A stretch of DNA of 64,000 nucleotides from an uncultured Candidatus Saccharibacteria bacterium (lineage in GTDB: Bacteria; Patescibacteriota; Minisyncoccia; Phycocordibacterales; PALSA-1337). The notes below the pieces were generated by a model. That model had not been told where the DNA came from. It did not search any database and worked only from the letters and a program-made list of their open reading frames with translations. Shown piece after piece: positions 46,688 through 55,671 of this stretch. The stretch spans positions 16,334-80,333 of the forward strand of contig CAYHNH010000003.1 in NCBI GenBank assembly GCA_964358005.1, given 5' to 3'. A program made the position numbers and the translations under genes. How positions within the stretch are numbered: the stretch's first letter is position 1; every line of letters starts with the position of its first letter.

Positions 46688-46715
46688 AGTATACCACGCA
46701 GGAATGATTTGTCAA
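46688..46715 (-). promoter_or_regulatory. Near-consensus sigma70 promoter of the candidate ncRNA
   Basis: TTGACA-16 bp-TATACT with extended TG on the minus strand. Confidence 0.75.
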
Positions 46716-46759
46716 GTCCGTGTGTGGGGCATAAATTCGTTGTACGATAAGGCAACTCT

Positions 46760-47365
46760 ATGCCAACTGAATTAACAGCAATTTTTGGAGTTCTATCTGG
46801 AATCGCAGTCCTAATCGGTGGCATCCCATATCTCCGAGACATTCACCTAAATAGAGCACAGCCTCATATATTGAGCTGGTTGGGCTGGACCTTTATCACT
46901 GCTCTCGGTGCCAGCGCGATGCAGGCTGAAGGCAGCACTTGGGTGGTCGGAATACTGTGGGCGAATGCGCTCAATTCCTTCCTGATAGCGGCGTACTCGG
47001 CTATTAAGAAAACTGGTGTCTGGTCGACTGGTATCTATGATTATATTTTTTTCGGGCTAGGCGTCATGGGACTAGTCCTGTGGCAGGTTTTGGATATGCC
47101 TGTCCTGGCGATTATCTGTGCCATTGCAGCTGACTTGTCGTTTGGCATTCCGACGATCATAAAATCATACAAGAATCCGGGATCAGAAACATTCTTTGTG
47201 TGGCTAATGTCCTCTGTTTCTGGTTTTCTTAGCTTGCTTGCTATCCAGCAATTCGTTTTCCATGAGGTGGCATATCCACTATATTTGTTTATTTATGACA
47301 CTATAGTCATGCTACTAGTATTGAAAATAATTCACAGACCAGGCCGTGGTCTCGTTCAGAAATAA
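46760..47365 (+). CDS. Multi-pass membrane protein (PQ-loop-like two-repeat architecture)
   Basis: About 7 TMs; IPYLRDI...QP and IPTIIKSYKNP..ET repeats. Confidence 0.6.
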   Translation: MPTELTAIFGVLSGIAVLIGGIPYLRDIHLNRAQPHILSWLGWTFITALGASAMQAEGSTWVVGILWANALNSFLIAAYSAIKKTGVWSTGIYDYIFFGLGVMGLVLWQVLDMPVLAIICAIAADLSFGIPTIIKSYKNPGSETFFVWLMSSVSGFLSLLAIQQFVFHEVAYPLYLFIYDTIVMLLVLKIIHRPGRGLVQK

Positions 47366-47369
47366 TTTC

Positions 47370-48683
47370 ATGCCTGACATCGACCTATACAACAAATCTC
47401 CCGAATCATACGATGATCTCCAACACATGCGCCCGGACTATGTCGGTGCGCAAAAGGCGTTTATAGATCTGGCGGTACAACATTTGAACGGCAAACAGAA
47501 TATCTCTGTCGCTGATTTCTGCTGCGGCACAGGTCAAGACACCAAAACGCTCGCCGGACATGTGAAGATTGATAAGGCCACGCTCATAGACATAAACAAG
47601 GACTTTTTGAGAATTGCTAAGGAGAAGGACATTGGAGTTCACAATATCGTGACGATTTGCTCTGACATTCTGGAGGCTGACGTGTCAGCGAATAATGATC
47701 TAGTCATCTCGATGTTCGCCTATCACCATGTTCCAAATAATAGGAAGGCTGATTATCTAAAGAAGGCGAAGGAGGCTCTTAAGCCTGGCGGCCTGCTTCT
47801 TCTAGGTGAGATATTCATGCAGAGTAAGGCGGATACGTTGAAGTACTATGAGGATTTGATCGCTTCGATTCCCGGATCGAAGGATAATCCTGCTTTGGTC
47901 AGTTTTCTAAGGCAGACTGCGCAAAGCGATGATTTTGAATTTAAAGTCTCCAAGGAGTATGCCTACAATCAACTAAAAGAGGCAGGTTTTTCTCTGGTTG
48001 AGTCGAAAAAGATATGGCCCCTCGATGGCAGTTTGTCGGCTGATGATGGGACATTTGTGGAGGTTTGGAAATCAAATATTACGAAATTGTTTCTAACATC
48101 TGCAGGTTTTACTAACTCTGAAACTACAGATATTTTGATGGAAGAGATCCCAAAGCAGGCCGAATTGTGTAAGGTTTTGATGATTAGCTGCACCCAGGAT
48201 GAGACTGAGGAATCCTATGTGAATGAGTCCAAGAATGAGCTTCGATCACTCGGTTTCAAGGACATAAAGGTTCTTGATCTGCACAAACCGATGAAGCCTG
48301 ATCCTGCCGACATTGTGTATGTCTGTGGCGGCAATACTTTTGCGATCCTGCAGAAAATGAAAGAAACGGGTGTCGATAAATTTATAATTGATTCAGTGAA
48401 TAAGGGTGCCTTGTACATAGGCGTTTCCGCGGGAAGCATTATGGCTGGCAAGACCATCGAGATTGCCGGATGGGGCTCGACCGGAGACAAGAATGAGGTC
48501 GGCCTCAAGGATCTCACTGGCTTCGGTTTTACTGACGTAGCAGTTTTTCCTCATTATCAGACTTCACAAAAAGATGAGGTCGCGGAATTCAAGAAGAGGG
48601 CCACTTATCCGGTTATTGAAATTACCGACAATCAGATGGTGTTTGTGAGGGATAATAAAGCAAAAAAGATAGGGAGATTTTAA
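47370..48683 (+). CDS. Class I SAM methyltransferase fused to peptidase S51 (dipeptidase E-like)
   Basis: DFCCGTG, FAYHH and LKPGG, then LFLTSAG, VCGGNT, GVSAG and FPHY in one frame. Confidence 0.75.
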   Translation: MPDIDLYNKSPESYDDLQHMRPDYVGAQKAFIDLAVQHLNGKQNISVADFCCGTGQDTKTLAGHVKIDKATLIDINKDFLRIAKEKDIGVHNIVTICSDILEADVSANNDLVISMFAYHHVPNNRKADYLKKAKEALKPGGLLLLGEIFMQSKADTLKYYEDLIASIPGSKDNPALVSFLRQTAQSDDFEFKVSKEYAYNQLKEAGFSLVESKKIWPLDGSLSADDGTFVEVWKSNITKLFLTSAGFTNSETTDILMEEIPKQAELCKVLMISCTQDETEESYVNESKNELRSLGFKDIKVLDLHKPMKPDPADIVYVCGGNTFAILQKMKETGVDKFIIDSVNKGALYIGVSAGSIMAGKTIEIAGWGSTGDKNEVGLKDLTGFGFTDVAVFPHYQTSQKDEVAEFKKRATYPVIEITDNQMVFVRDNKAKKIGRF

Positions 48684-48720
48684 AGTGGACATAAATCCGA
48701 TTTGGAGTAATATTTAAGCC

Positions 48721-49251
48721 ATGTCCGTCACCCTCATCTTCGAAGCTCACGGCACGACATTCGACAACGAAGCTCATCTCTCGTCGGGCTGGAATGACGT
48801 GGCTCTGTCGCCATTGGGCGAGCGGCAATCGCGAGAGATGGGCGAGCGCTACAAGGACGACCATTTCGACGCCATATTCTGCTCGGACCTACAGCGCGCC
48901 TACAAGAGCGCCGAGATCGGATTTGGGGACAAATGGCCGATCATCCGCGACGCCCGATTACGAGAATGCAACTACGGCGACTTGACCCAGAGCCCGAGCG
49001 AAATAGTCGACAGGGAAAAGCCGCAGAGGATACATACGCCATTCCCGAACGGGGAGAGCTATATGCAGACCAATGTCCGTATGAAGTCATTCCTGGATGA
49101 TTTGAAGCGCGATTACAATGGCAAGCGCGTCATGGTCATCGGTCATCGCGCGACCCAGTATGGCATCCAGAACATCGTCGAAGGCACGCCGTACGAGAAG
49201 CTCACCACCACGCATTTCAAATGGCAGCCAGGGTGGGGGTATGAGGTGTAA
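48721..49251 (+). CDS. Histidine phosphatase family protein
   Basis: AHG (RHG-like), SDLQRA, LRECNYG, GES and VIGH. Confidence 0.85.
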   Translation: MSVTLIFEAHGTTFDNEAHLSSGWNDVALSPLGERQSREMGERYKDDHFDAIFCSDLQRAYKSAEIGFGDKWPIIRDARLRECNYGDLTQSPSEIVDREKPQRIHTPFPNGESYMQTNVRMKSFLDDLKRDYNGKRVMVIGHRATQYGIQNIVEGTPYEKLTTTHFKWQPGWGYEV

Positions 49252-49263
49252 AGCATAATTTTC

Positions 49264-49950
49264 ATGGAAAATATAAAAGAAGACGGAACAATTAATAAAG
49301 AAAGGAAAGTGCCTTGTTCAGAATGTGCATCCAAAACTTATCACAAGGTCTTAAAATCGATTAATTATCTTGAATCTGGGGACTGGGGAATTACATGGGG
49401 TAATTATGAAATAATTATATGTCAGGGATGTAGATATATTTCCTTTAGAAAAGTTTTAGGGACTGATGATGTAATTGGACAAGATGAGGAGGGAAATTTC
49501 ATATACGAGGAGGAAGAGGAGTTGTTCCCTCCAAGATTGAGTGGAAGGAAAGAGCTTGAGGATAATAGGTTTTTGCCCTTGGATGTCGGAAGAGTATATC
49601 GTGAGACCTATCGTGCTATTAATGGCGAACAACCGATTCTCGCCGGAATGGGAATCAGGGCGTTGGTTGAAGCTGTATGTGTTGAAGAAAAAATAAAGGG
49701 TAGAAACTTGGAGAAAAGGATTGATAACCTAGTTGAAGCTGATTTACTTACCAAGAAAGGCGCTGAAATTCTTCAGCAAATTAGGCTTTATGGTAATGAT
49801 GCGGCTCACGAAGCAAAAGCGGCAAAGATTGAGGATCTGGGGGTCCTAATGGATATAGCCGAAAACCTTCTACACAATACATACCTACTTAAGATAGGGG
49901 TAGCAAAGCTAGAAAAAGTAAAAAGTAAGCCTAAAGAGGCTAAGAAATAG
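49264..49950 (+). CDS. DUF4145 domain (HEPN-like) protein
   Basis: N-terminal Cys pairs; R.LVE..C, LEKRIDNL and IRLYGNDAAH. Confidence 0.75.
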   Translation: MENIKEDGTINKERKVPCSECASKTYHKVLKSINYLESGDWGITWGNYEIIICQGCRYISFRKVLGTDDVIGQDEEGNFIYEEEEELFPPRLSGRKELEDNRFLPLDVGRVYRETYRAINGEQPILAGMGIRALVEAVCVEEKIKGRNLEKRIDNLVEADLLTKKGAEILQQIRLYGNDAAHEAKAAKIEDLGVLMDIAENLLHNTYLLKIGVAKLEKVKSKPKEAKK

Positions 49951-49999
49951 AACCCTGGTTTGCCTGGTATTGACTTTAAAATTAGGCTACAATTAGTCT

Positions 50000-50602
50000 A
50001 TGGACATACAGAGGGCACAGCAAGCAGCTTTGTATTTTGCATCTAGCGTAAGCGATCTATATCTGGTTAAGCTTATGAAGCTTTTCTATTATCTAGATTT
50101 CATTTCTGTAAGAGAGACAGGTAAATCTGTCACAAATGATACTTATTTTCATTTGCCATACGGACCAATACCGAGCTTTATAAAGGATAATATTGATTCT
50201 CTAGATTCTGGTATTAAGGCGGAGGAGGTAAAAATACTTGATCCAAATCAAACCGGTACCCCGGTGTGGTTAAAGATTTCTAGTATATTTGACGGGGTTC
50301 TCGAGTTAAACACTAGGGGGAAAGGTAAAATTGCCAAAGTGGTTAATGGTCAGGCTTTTGATAGTAATAAAATTTCTGAATATGAAAAGAATCTCTTGGC
50401 CGATATTGTCAGAGATCTTGGAAATAAAACAGTGCAGGAAATTGTTAATATGACGCACTCTGAACCACCTTATGCACAAACCTCACCTAGTCAGGCAATT
50501 CCATATGATCTTGCATTTCAATTAGATGTAAGGCAGATATTGCCAAGTAGGACTGTAGTTTTCGATAAGGAAATTGCCTTCTCAAGATTTGTTTCATCCT
50601 AA
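50000..50602 (+). CDS. Panacea (DUF4065/SocA) antitoxin-domain protein
   Basis: KLMKLFYYLDF, YFHLPYGPIP and LTH-like MTHSEPPY. Confidence 0.82.
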   Translation: MDIQRAQQAALYFASSVSDLYLVKLMKLFYYLDFISVRETGKSVTNDTYFHLPYGPIPSFIKDNIDSLDSGIKAEEVKILDPNQTGTPVWLKISSIFDGVLELNTRGKGKIAKVVNGQAFDSNKISEYEKNLLADIVRDLGNKTVQEIVNMTHSEPPYAQTSPSQAIPYDLAFQLDVRQILPSRTVVFDKEIAFSRFVSS

Positions 50603-50608
50603 TATGTT

Positions 50609-51058
50609 ATGCCTCCAGTAAAGTTTGGTGAAATTTATTTTAAAAGAGGCCAACTCAAAAACAAGCTTAGTGGATCTTCCGATGGTCACTACGTGGTTGT
50701 GCTAGGAGTCGATACAAAAGCAAACTCAATTTTGTATCAGACTCTGGAATCGGGCCTTAATAAAGTATTTTTATATCCAAACTCGCCCAAGGCCCCGTTC
50801 ATTGATGTTGATACAGTTTCCTTTATTAACTATAGAAAATATTTAAATTTATTACATAAAGACACATGTATTATGATGCATTATGGAGTAGATACAGAGT
50901 CCTTGCCAGTGTTTCTATCTCCTAAATATGTTAAGAAGGGTATATTGAGTGATCATAATAAAAAAGCATTAATGATTAGTATAATTCCGGCTAGAGGATA
51001 TAGATTATCTGTACAAGAGTCATTACTGATAAATTATGCTTACCAAAATTATAAATGA
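50609..51058 (+). CDS. Hypothetical protein, putative toxin partner
   Basis: 6 nt downstream of the Panacea gene; GEIYF...HYVVVLG is reminiscent of the PemK/MazF N-terminus. Confidence 0.5.
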   Translation: MPPVKFGEIYFKRGQLKNKLSGSSDGHYVVVLGVDTKANSILYQTLESGLNKVFLYPNSPKAPFIDVDTVSFINYRKYLNLLHKDTCIMMHYGVDTESLPVFLSPKYVKKGILSDHNKKALMISIIPARGYRLSVQESLLINYAYQNYK

Positions 51059-51070
51059 TGTTTTAAGGCC

Positions 51071-51652
51071 ATGAACAATAAACTTATTGGTACTATCATT
51101 ATAGTCGCCATTGCATTGATTGGGGCATATTATATTGGCCAAAATTCAAAGGGTCCTGTTCAGGAGCCTCTTCCTATTAAGACTGAAGCGAATTATATTG
51201 TGCCGACTCCAGTTGCCAAAAAAAATCCCGCCAATCAATCCGCTAAGACGAGTATTGAGTTATCGGAGAACCCAGAGTATTTGTTTAGTAAGAATTTTGA
51301 TCCCAGCCTTGTAAAGGTGTATGGAGTAGGAGTTGGAGATTATCAGAGTAAAATCGACCCTTCATCAGTTGTAGAAGGCGTGGAATATTTTGGTTGGATT
51401 CATACTACAAATAAAATTGGATATCGAATTGCCGACAATAAAGTTGTGGAGATTTCATTAAACAGTTCTGTGCTCGCCCGGATGGGTATTTTTCGTCAGG
51501 ATGAGATTATTATTAGATTTGGTAAGCCAGATCAGACCAACGAGTCTGGAAATTCACCATACAAGACATTTAAATACTACTATATCAATAAAGGCTTGGT
51601 TGTTTCCTACTACGAAACTGGTGGTTTGGCGGTAAATATAATTGATAATTAA
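51071..51652 (+). CDS. Hypothetical exported protein
   Basis: N-terminal TM; RFGKPD motif. Confidence 0.6.
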   Translation: MNNKLIGTIIIVAIALIGAYYIGQNSKGPVQEPLPIKTEANYIVPTPVAKKNPANQSAKTSIELSENPEYLFSKNFDPSLVKVYGVGVGDYQSKIDPSSVVEGVEYFGWIHTTNKIGYRIADNKVVEISLNSSVLARMGIFRQDEIIIRFGKPDQTNESGNSPYKTFKYYYINKGLVVSYYETGGLAVNIIDN

Positions 51653-51663
51653 TTTTAAAATAT

Positions 51664-51906
51664 ATGCCAACCCCACAAGTGCTGAACTTGCTCGGTTTAA
51701 TACTAAATACGGCTGCTGCCATCGTATTAATTGTTCCAAATCTTAGCCCAACAAAGAGTTTAAATGATGATCAGGTCATTTCTGGAAAACCAGGGTCACC
51801 AGAGTATATTCAGGTTAAGGACTTAAAGGAAAGCTGTATAAATAAAATAGGACTAATTCTATTAGCCTTGGGATTTATCTTACAGATAATATCTATCTTC
51901 TATTAA
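51664..51906 (+). CDS. Small membrane protein (2 TMs)
   Basis: 80 aa with hydrophobic ends. Confidence 0.55.
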   Translation: MPTPQVLNLLGLILNTAAAIVLIVPNLSPTKSLNDDQVISGKPGSPEYIQVKDLKESCINKIGLILLALGFILQIISIFY

Positions 51907-51960
51907 GTGCGTGCACGCCGTTAGATTTTAGTGTTTTGTGAAAAGGCGTATACTGTTTGC

Positions 51961-53136
51961 ATGGAACCCCTAGCCAACAAAATACGACCCCAAAACCTGA
52001 AGGAGTTCGTGGGGCAGGAGCATCTGGTGGGCCCGGGGAAACCTTTGCGCAAAGCCATAGAGGACAAGCACCTGTTCTCATTCGTGCTCTGGGGACCTCC
52101 GGGGACGGGCAAGACGACGATAGCGCGCATATATGCGAACGCCCTGGATGCGCGGCTGTATGAATTGTCGGCCGTGTCCGCGGGCAAAGACGACATCAGG
52201 AAGATCATCGACGATCCCGAGATGCTCGATCAGCGACCGAAGCTGCTATTCCTGGATGAAATCCACCGCTTCAATAAAGCCCAGCAGGATTTCCTCCTGC
52301 CTCATGTGGAGAGTGGCAAGCTCACATTGATCGGCGCCACCACCGAGAATCCCAGCTTCGAGGTCATACCGGCACTTTTGTCGCGCTGCCGTGTATTCGT
52401 GCTCAAGTCACTGACCGAAGATGACCTCCGCGCTATCGTGAAGCGCACGAAGCTGAAGGTGCCCAAGGCCGCCGAGGACTGGCTCGTCGGTCTGGCCAAT
52501 GGCGACGCCCGCATAGCCATCACGGCGATCGAGAACTGCAAGCGCCTCTATGGAGCCATCACCCTCGAGAATCTCAAGAATACATTCGAGCACGCCTTCA
52601 TCAGGTTCGATAAGAAAGGGGAGGAGCACTACGATACTATTTCCGCATACATAAAGAGCATGCGTGCCGGTGATGCTGACGCGGCTTTGTATTACCTCGC
52701 GCGTATGGTGGAGGGAGGGGAGGATCCCAAATTCATTGCGAGAAGGATGGTCATATTTGCTTCAGAGGATATCGGACTAGCTCAGCCGACCGCGCTCGTC
52801 GTGGCCAATGCGGTGTTTGAGGCTGTAGATACGATAGGGATGCCGGAGGCTGGTATCAACCTCGCGCACGGAACGGCGTATCTGGCTCTGGCCGCTAAGG
52901 ATCGTTCAGCTCATGACGGCTATTTCGAGGCTCTCGGCGACGTGAAGAAAACGGGCAATCTGCCTATACCTATGAAGGTCAGGAATGCACCAACCAAGAT
53001 GATGAAGGAGATGGGCTATGGCGCCGGCTATGAGAAGTATGACAAGGAGAGCTATCTGCCGGAGAAGCTGAAGGGGAAGAAGTATATAAAAAGGCCGGAT
53101 AAGGGCTTGGGGAAAAACGAGGGAGGGGAAAGGTGA
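51961..53136 (+). CDS. rarA: Replication-associated recombination protein A
   Basis: PLA..IRP, WGPPGTGKTT, DEIHRFNKAQQD, GATTENPSFE and ASEDIG. Confidence 0.95.
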   Translation: MEPLANKIRPQNLKEFVGQEHLVGPGKPLRKAIEDKHLFSFVLWGPPGTGKTTIARIYANALDARLYELSAVSAGKDDIRKIIDDPEMLDQRPKLLFLDEIHRFNKAQQDFLLPHVESGKLTLIGATTENPSFEVIPALLSRCRVFVLKSLTEDDLRAIVKRTKLKVPKAAEDWLVGLANGDARIAITAIENCKRLYGAITLENLKNTFEHAFIRFDKKGEEHYDTISAYIKSMRAGDADAALYYLARMVEGGEDPKFIARRMVIFASEDIGLAQPTALVVANAVFEAVDTIGMPEAGINLAHGTAYLALAAKDRSAHDGYFEALGDVKKTGNLPIPMKVRNAPTKMMKEMGYGAGYEKYDKESYLPEKLKGKKYIKRPDKGLGKNEGGER

Positions 53137-53181
53137 TAGAGTATGGGTATTAGGATTAATCAATAACATCTTTCATTTAAC

Positions 53182-53598
53182 ATGAAACAAGTACTTGCTA
53201 GGGTGTATCACAACAGAAACATAGACACGGGCGCTCTCATCATCCGCCTCGCCATCGGTATCATATTCGTATCAGCCGCCTGGATGAAGATGTCCGACAT
53301 GACCGCGACCGTCGGATTCTTCGCTCAGATGGGCTTCTCGGCTTCGCAGGCGTATCTCGTAGCCTGGGTCGAGATGATCGGCGGCGTGCTGCTCATCCTC
53401 GGATTGTTCATCAAACCGGCCTCGGTAGCTCTCGCAGTCATCATGGCAGTCGTTGTCTGGGGTACTCCCGGCAGTAAGTATGACGTATTCTTCGGGCATA
53501 ACTACCAGTTCATCCTCTTGGTCACTCTCATCGCCCTGTACTTCATAGGCGCTGGCAGATTCTCGGCCCTATTCCTCCGAAAGAAAGGCTCGAACTAG
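53182..53598 (+). CDS. DoxX family membrane protein
   Basis: RLAIGIIF, EMIGGVLLILGL and GAGRFS. Confidence 0.85.
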   Translation: MKQVLARVYHNRNIDTGALIIRLAIGIIFVSAAWMKMSDMTATVGFFAQMGFSASQAYLVAWVEMIGGVLLILGLFIKPASVALAVIMAVVVWGTPGSKYDVFFGHNYQFILLVTLIALYFIGAGRFSALFLRKKGSN

Positions 53599-54498
53599 TT
53601 TTTCCGCTTCGGCATTCTCGCCGGGCCTGAACCACCTGATGGCCGTATTCTTGCGCCACCAGGTTTTTTGGCGTCGGGCATATTGCCAGATCTTCGTTGT
53701 GAGGGTCACCTGGAGCTCCTCGAGGGTGAGGTTGTTCTGCAGATATTCAGCCAGGTATCTATATTCGAGGCCGAGCTCCTTCATGCGGGCATAGCTTAGG
53801 CTGTATCCCTCGGGACCTGGGGCATGGAGCTTGTGGGCCTCTTCTATCATGCCGCCCTGCAGACGTGCGGAGAGGCGGTTCACGATCCTTGTCCGTATCT
53901 CATCGTCGGCCGGCATAATGCCGATCATGAGCGGGTCGTATTTGGCGTGCGATACCAACATGGGGACTTGCCCGAGATTTTGGGCGATGAGAAGGGCACG
54001 AATGACGCGGCGCTTATTGCTATAGCTTCCGTTCGACTTCATCTCCTCGGCGCGGCGTGGATCGAGGAAGTGGAGCTCCTTGTAGAGGGCCTCTAGGGGC
54101 TGTAGTTCCAGGGATTGCTGGACCTCATGGTCGGTCTCGATTTCAGGTAATTTTGTGTCGTTGATCAGCGCATCGATATAGAAACCAGTGCCACCGCAAA
54201 TGATAGGCAGTCTTCGGCGATGGAGGATGTCCGCTACGGCATCTTCGGCGAGGTGCTTCCATTGGGAAACGGTGTATCTCTCGTGGGGATCGGCGATGCT
54301 TAGTCCATAGTGCTTGACTCCTTTTGTCTCTGTTGGGGTTATCTTGCCGGTGCCTATGTCGAGACCCTTGTAGACCTGGCGCGAGTCAGCGGATATGACT
54401 TCGCCATCGAATTTGAGGGCCAGCTCCACAGCCAGGTCGCTCTTACCTGAGGCTGTCGGGCCAACTACTACGAGGATCTTGGGTCTCTCTGTTTTCAT
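53569..54498 (-). CDS. miaA: tRNA dimethylallyltransferase
   Basis: GPTASGKS, SADSRQVY, GGTGFY and YARRQKTW; start ATG 54498. Confidence 0.95.
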   Translation of the reverse strand: MKTERPKILVVVGPTASGKSDLAVELALKFDGEVISADSRQVYKGLDIGTGKITPTETKGVKHYGLSIADPHERYTVSQWKHLAEDAVADILHRRRLPIICGGTGFYIDALINDTKLPEIETDHEVQQSLELQPLEALYKELHFLDPRRAEEMKSNGSYSNKRRVIRALLIAQNLGQVPMLVSHAKYDPLMIGIMPADDEIRTRIVNRLSARLQGGMIEEAHKLHAPGPEGYSLSYARMKELGLEYRYLAEYLQNNLTLEELQVTLTTKIWQYARRQKTWWRKNTAIRWFRPGENAEAEKLVRAFLSEE

Positions 54499-54502
54499 TC
54501 TG

Positions 54503-54584
54503 TGCCGGGAGGGAGAATCGAACTCCCATGGATTACTCCGCACGATTTTGAGTCGTGTGCGTCTACCAATTCCGCCATCCCGGC
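54503..54584 (-). tRNA. tRNA-Leu(CAA)
   Basis: GCCGGGATGGCGGAATTGGTAGACGC...CTCAAAA loop, variable arm, GTTCGATTC. Confidence 0.93.
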
Positions 54585-54627
54585 TTGTGTGGCAAAGTCT
54601 ACAATATTTTTGTGTTAAAATACATCC

Positions 54628-55587
54628 ATGTCTACCGGCTACGTAAATAACGCTGTCTTCTGGGTGGAGATCGAAAAGATCGCGCCCAACCCGTACCAGC
54701 CGCGCCGTGAATTCGATGTCGACAAATTGCGTGACCTCGCTGACTCCATAAAGATGTACGGGGTGTTGCAGCCCCTTACTGTGAGCCGCAAAGAGGTATA
54801 TCGCGCGGACGGTGGCATGAATGTCGAGTATGAGCTCATCTCCGGTGAGCGTCGTTTGCGCGCTTCGAAGCTCGCCGGCCTGTCGCAGGTGCCTGTGCTC
54901 ATCAGAACTGGCGAGGATGATGGCCGGGTCAAGCTCGAACTCGCCATCATCGAGAATCTCCAACGCGAGGATCTAAACCCGATCGACCGAGCACGCTCGT
55001 TTGAGCGTTTGGCTAAGGAATTTAAACTCAAGCAGATCGAGATTGCCGAGAAGGTCGGCAAAAGCAGGGAGTATGTCTCCAATTCTGTCCGCATTCTTTC
55101 ATTGCCTGATGAGATGATCACTGCTCTCGAGGAAGGTAAGATATCCGAGGGACATACGAGACCCCTCCTCATGCTCATCGACCGGCCGGAGGAGCAGATC
55201 GTCCTATTCAAGGAGATCATGATGAAGAAGCTCACAGTGCGTGAAGCAGAGTCGTTGTCGCGCCGGGTAGCAACGGAGAAGATACGCAACAAAACGAAAT
55301 ATCTCGATCCGGCTATCATTGAAATGGAAAAGAACTTTACGGAATCGCTTGGCACACGAGTCCGTATCGAAAAGAACAAGGAAGGAGGCACTGTGACGAT
55401 CGACTTCTTCAGCCCTGATGACCTGCGGGCGCTGCTCGAGAAGCTCAATAAGACTGAGGCAGTGGTAGCGGCCATGCCGGCAGTCGCAGTTAGCGAAGAC
55501 CAAAAGCCCATGGATGACCGAGCGCCTGCGGATGTAGTCAAGGAAGACAATACGGAGCTGTATTCTCTGAAGAATTTTTCACTGTAA
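54628..55587 (+). CDS. parB: Chromosome partitioning protein ParB
   Basis: NPYQPR, GVLQP, GERRLRA, ENLQREDL and HTH GKSREYVSN. Confidence 0.92.
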   Translation: MSTGYVNNAVFWVEIEKIAPNPYQPRREFDVDKLRDLADSIKMYGVLQPLTVSRKEVYRADGGMNVEYELISGERRLRASKLAGLSQVPVLIRTGEDDGRVKLELAIIENLQREDLNPIDRARSFERLAKEFKLKQIEIAEKVGKSREYVSNSVRILSLPDEMITALEEGKISEGHTRPLLMLIDRPEEQIVLFKEIMMKKLTVREAESLSRRVATEKIRNKTKYLDPAIIEMEKNFTESLGTRVRIEKNKEGGTVTIDFFSPDDLRALLEKLNKTEAVVAAMPAVAVSEDQKPMDDRAPADVVKEDNTELYSLKNFSL

Positions 55588-55671
55588 GGAGGAGCTCGGT
55601 CTGAGAGCGCTGGACAAAAAATCACGCCCCAGGTGGAGCGTGATCGAGGAGAATGTCTGGATAGATTCGAA

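Noticed and set aside
46247-46775. Four small ORFs (61-98 aa) across the candidate ncRNA
   Set aside because: Mutually overlapping on both strands, mostly non-ATG starts, no recognisable motifs; the region is better explained by RNA structure
53569-54963. 464-aa extended MiaA
   Set aside because: The extension reads through tRNA-Leu and antisense parB; the real start is ATG 54498
54639-55625. 328-aa ORF antisense to parB, and similar long shadows over ftsZ, ftsA, gyrA, smc, clpB and 31820-32722
   Set aside because: Ser/Arg-rich or in-register antisense translations of well-supported genes
54590-55640. Canonical parS site near parB
   Set aside because: No TGTTTCACGTGAAACA-like palindrome noticed
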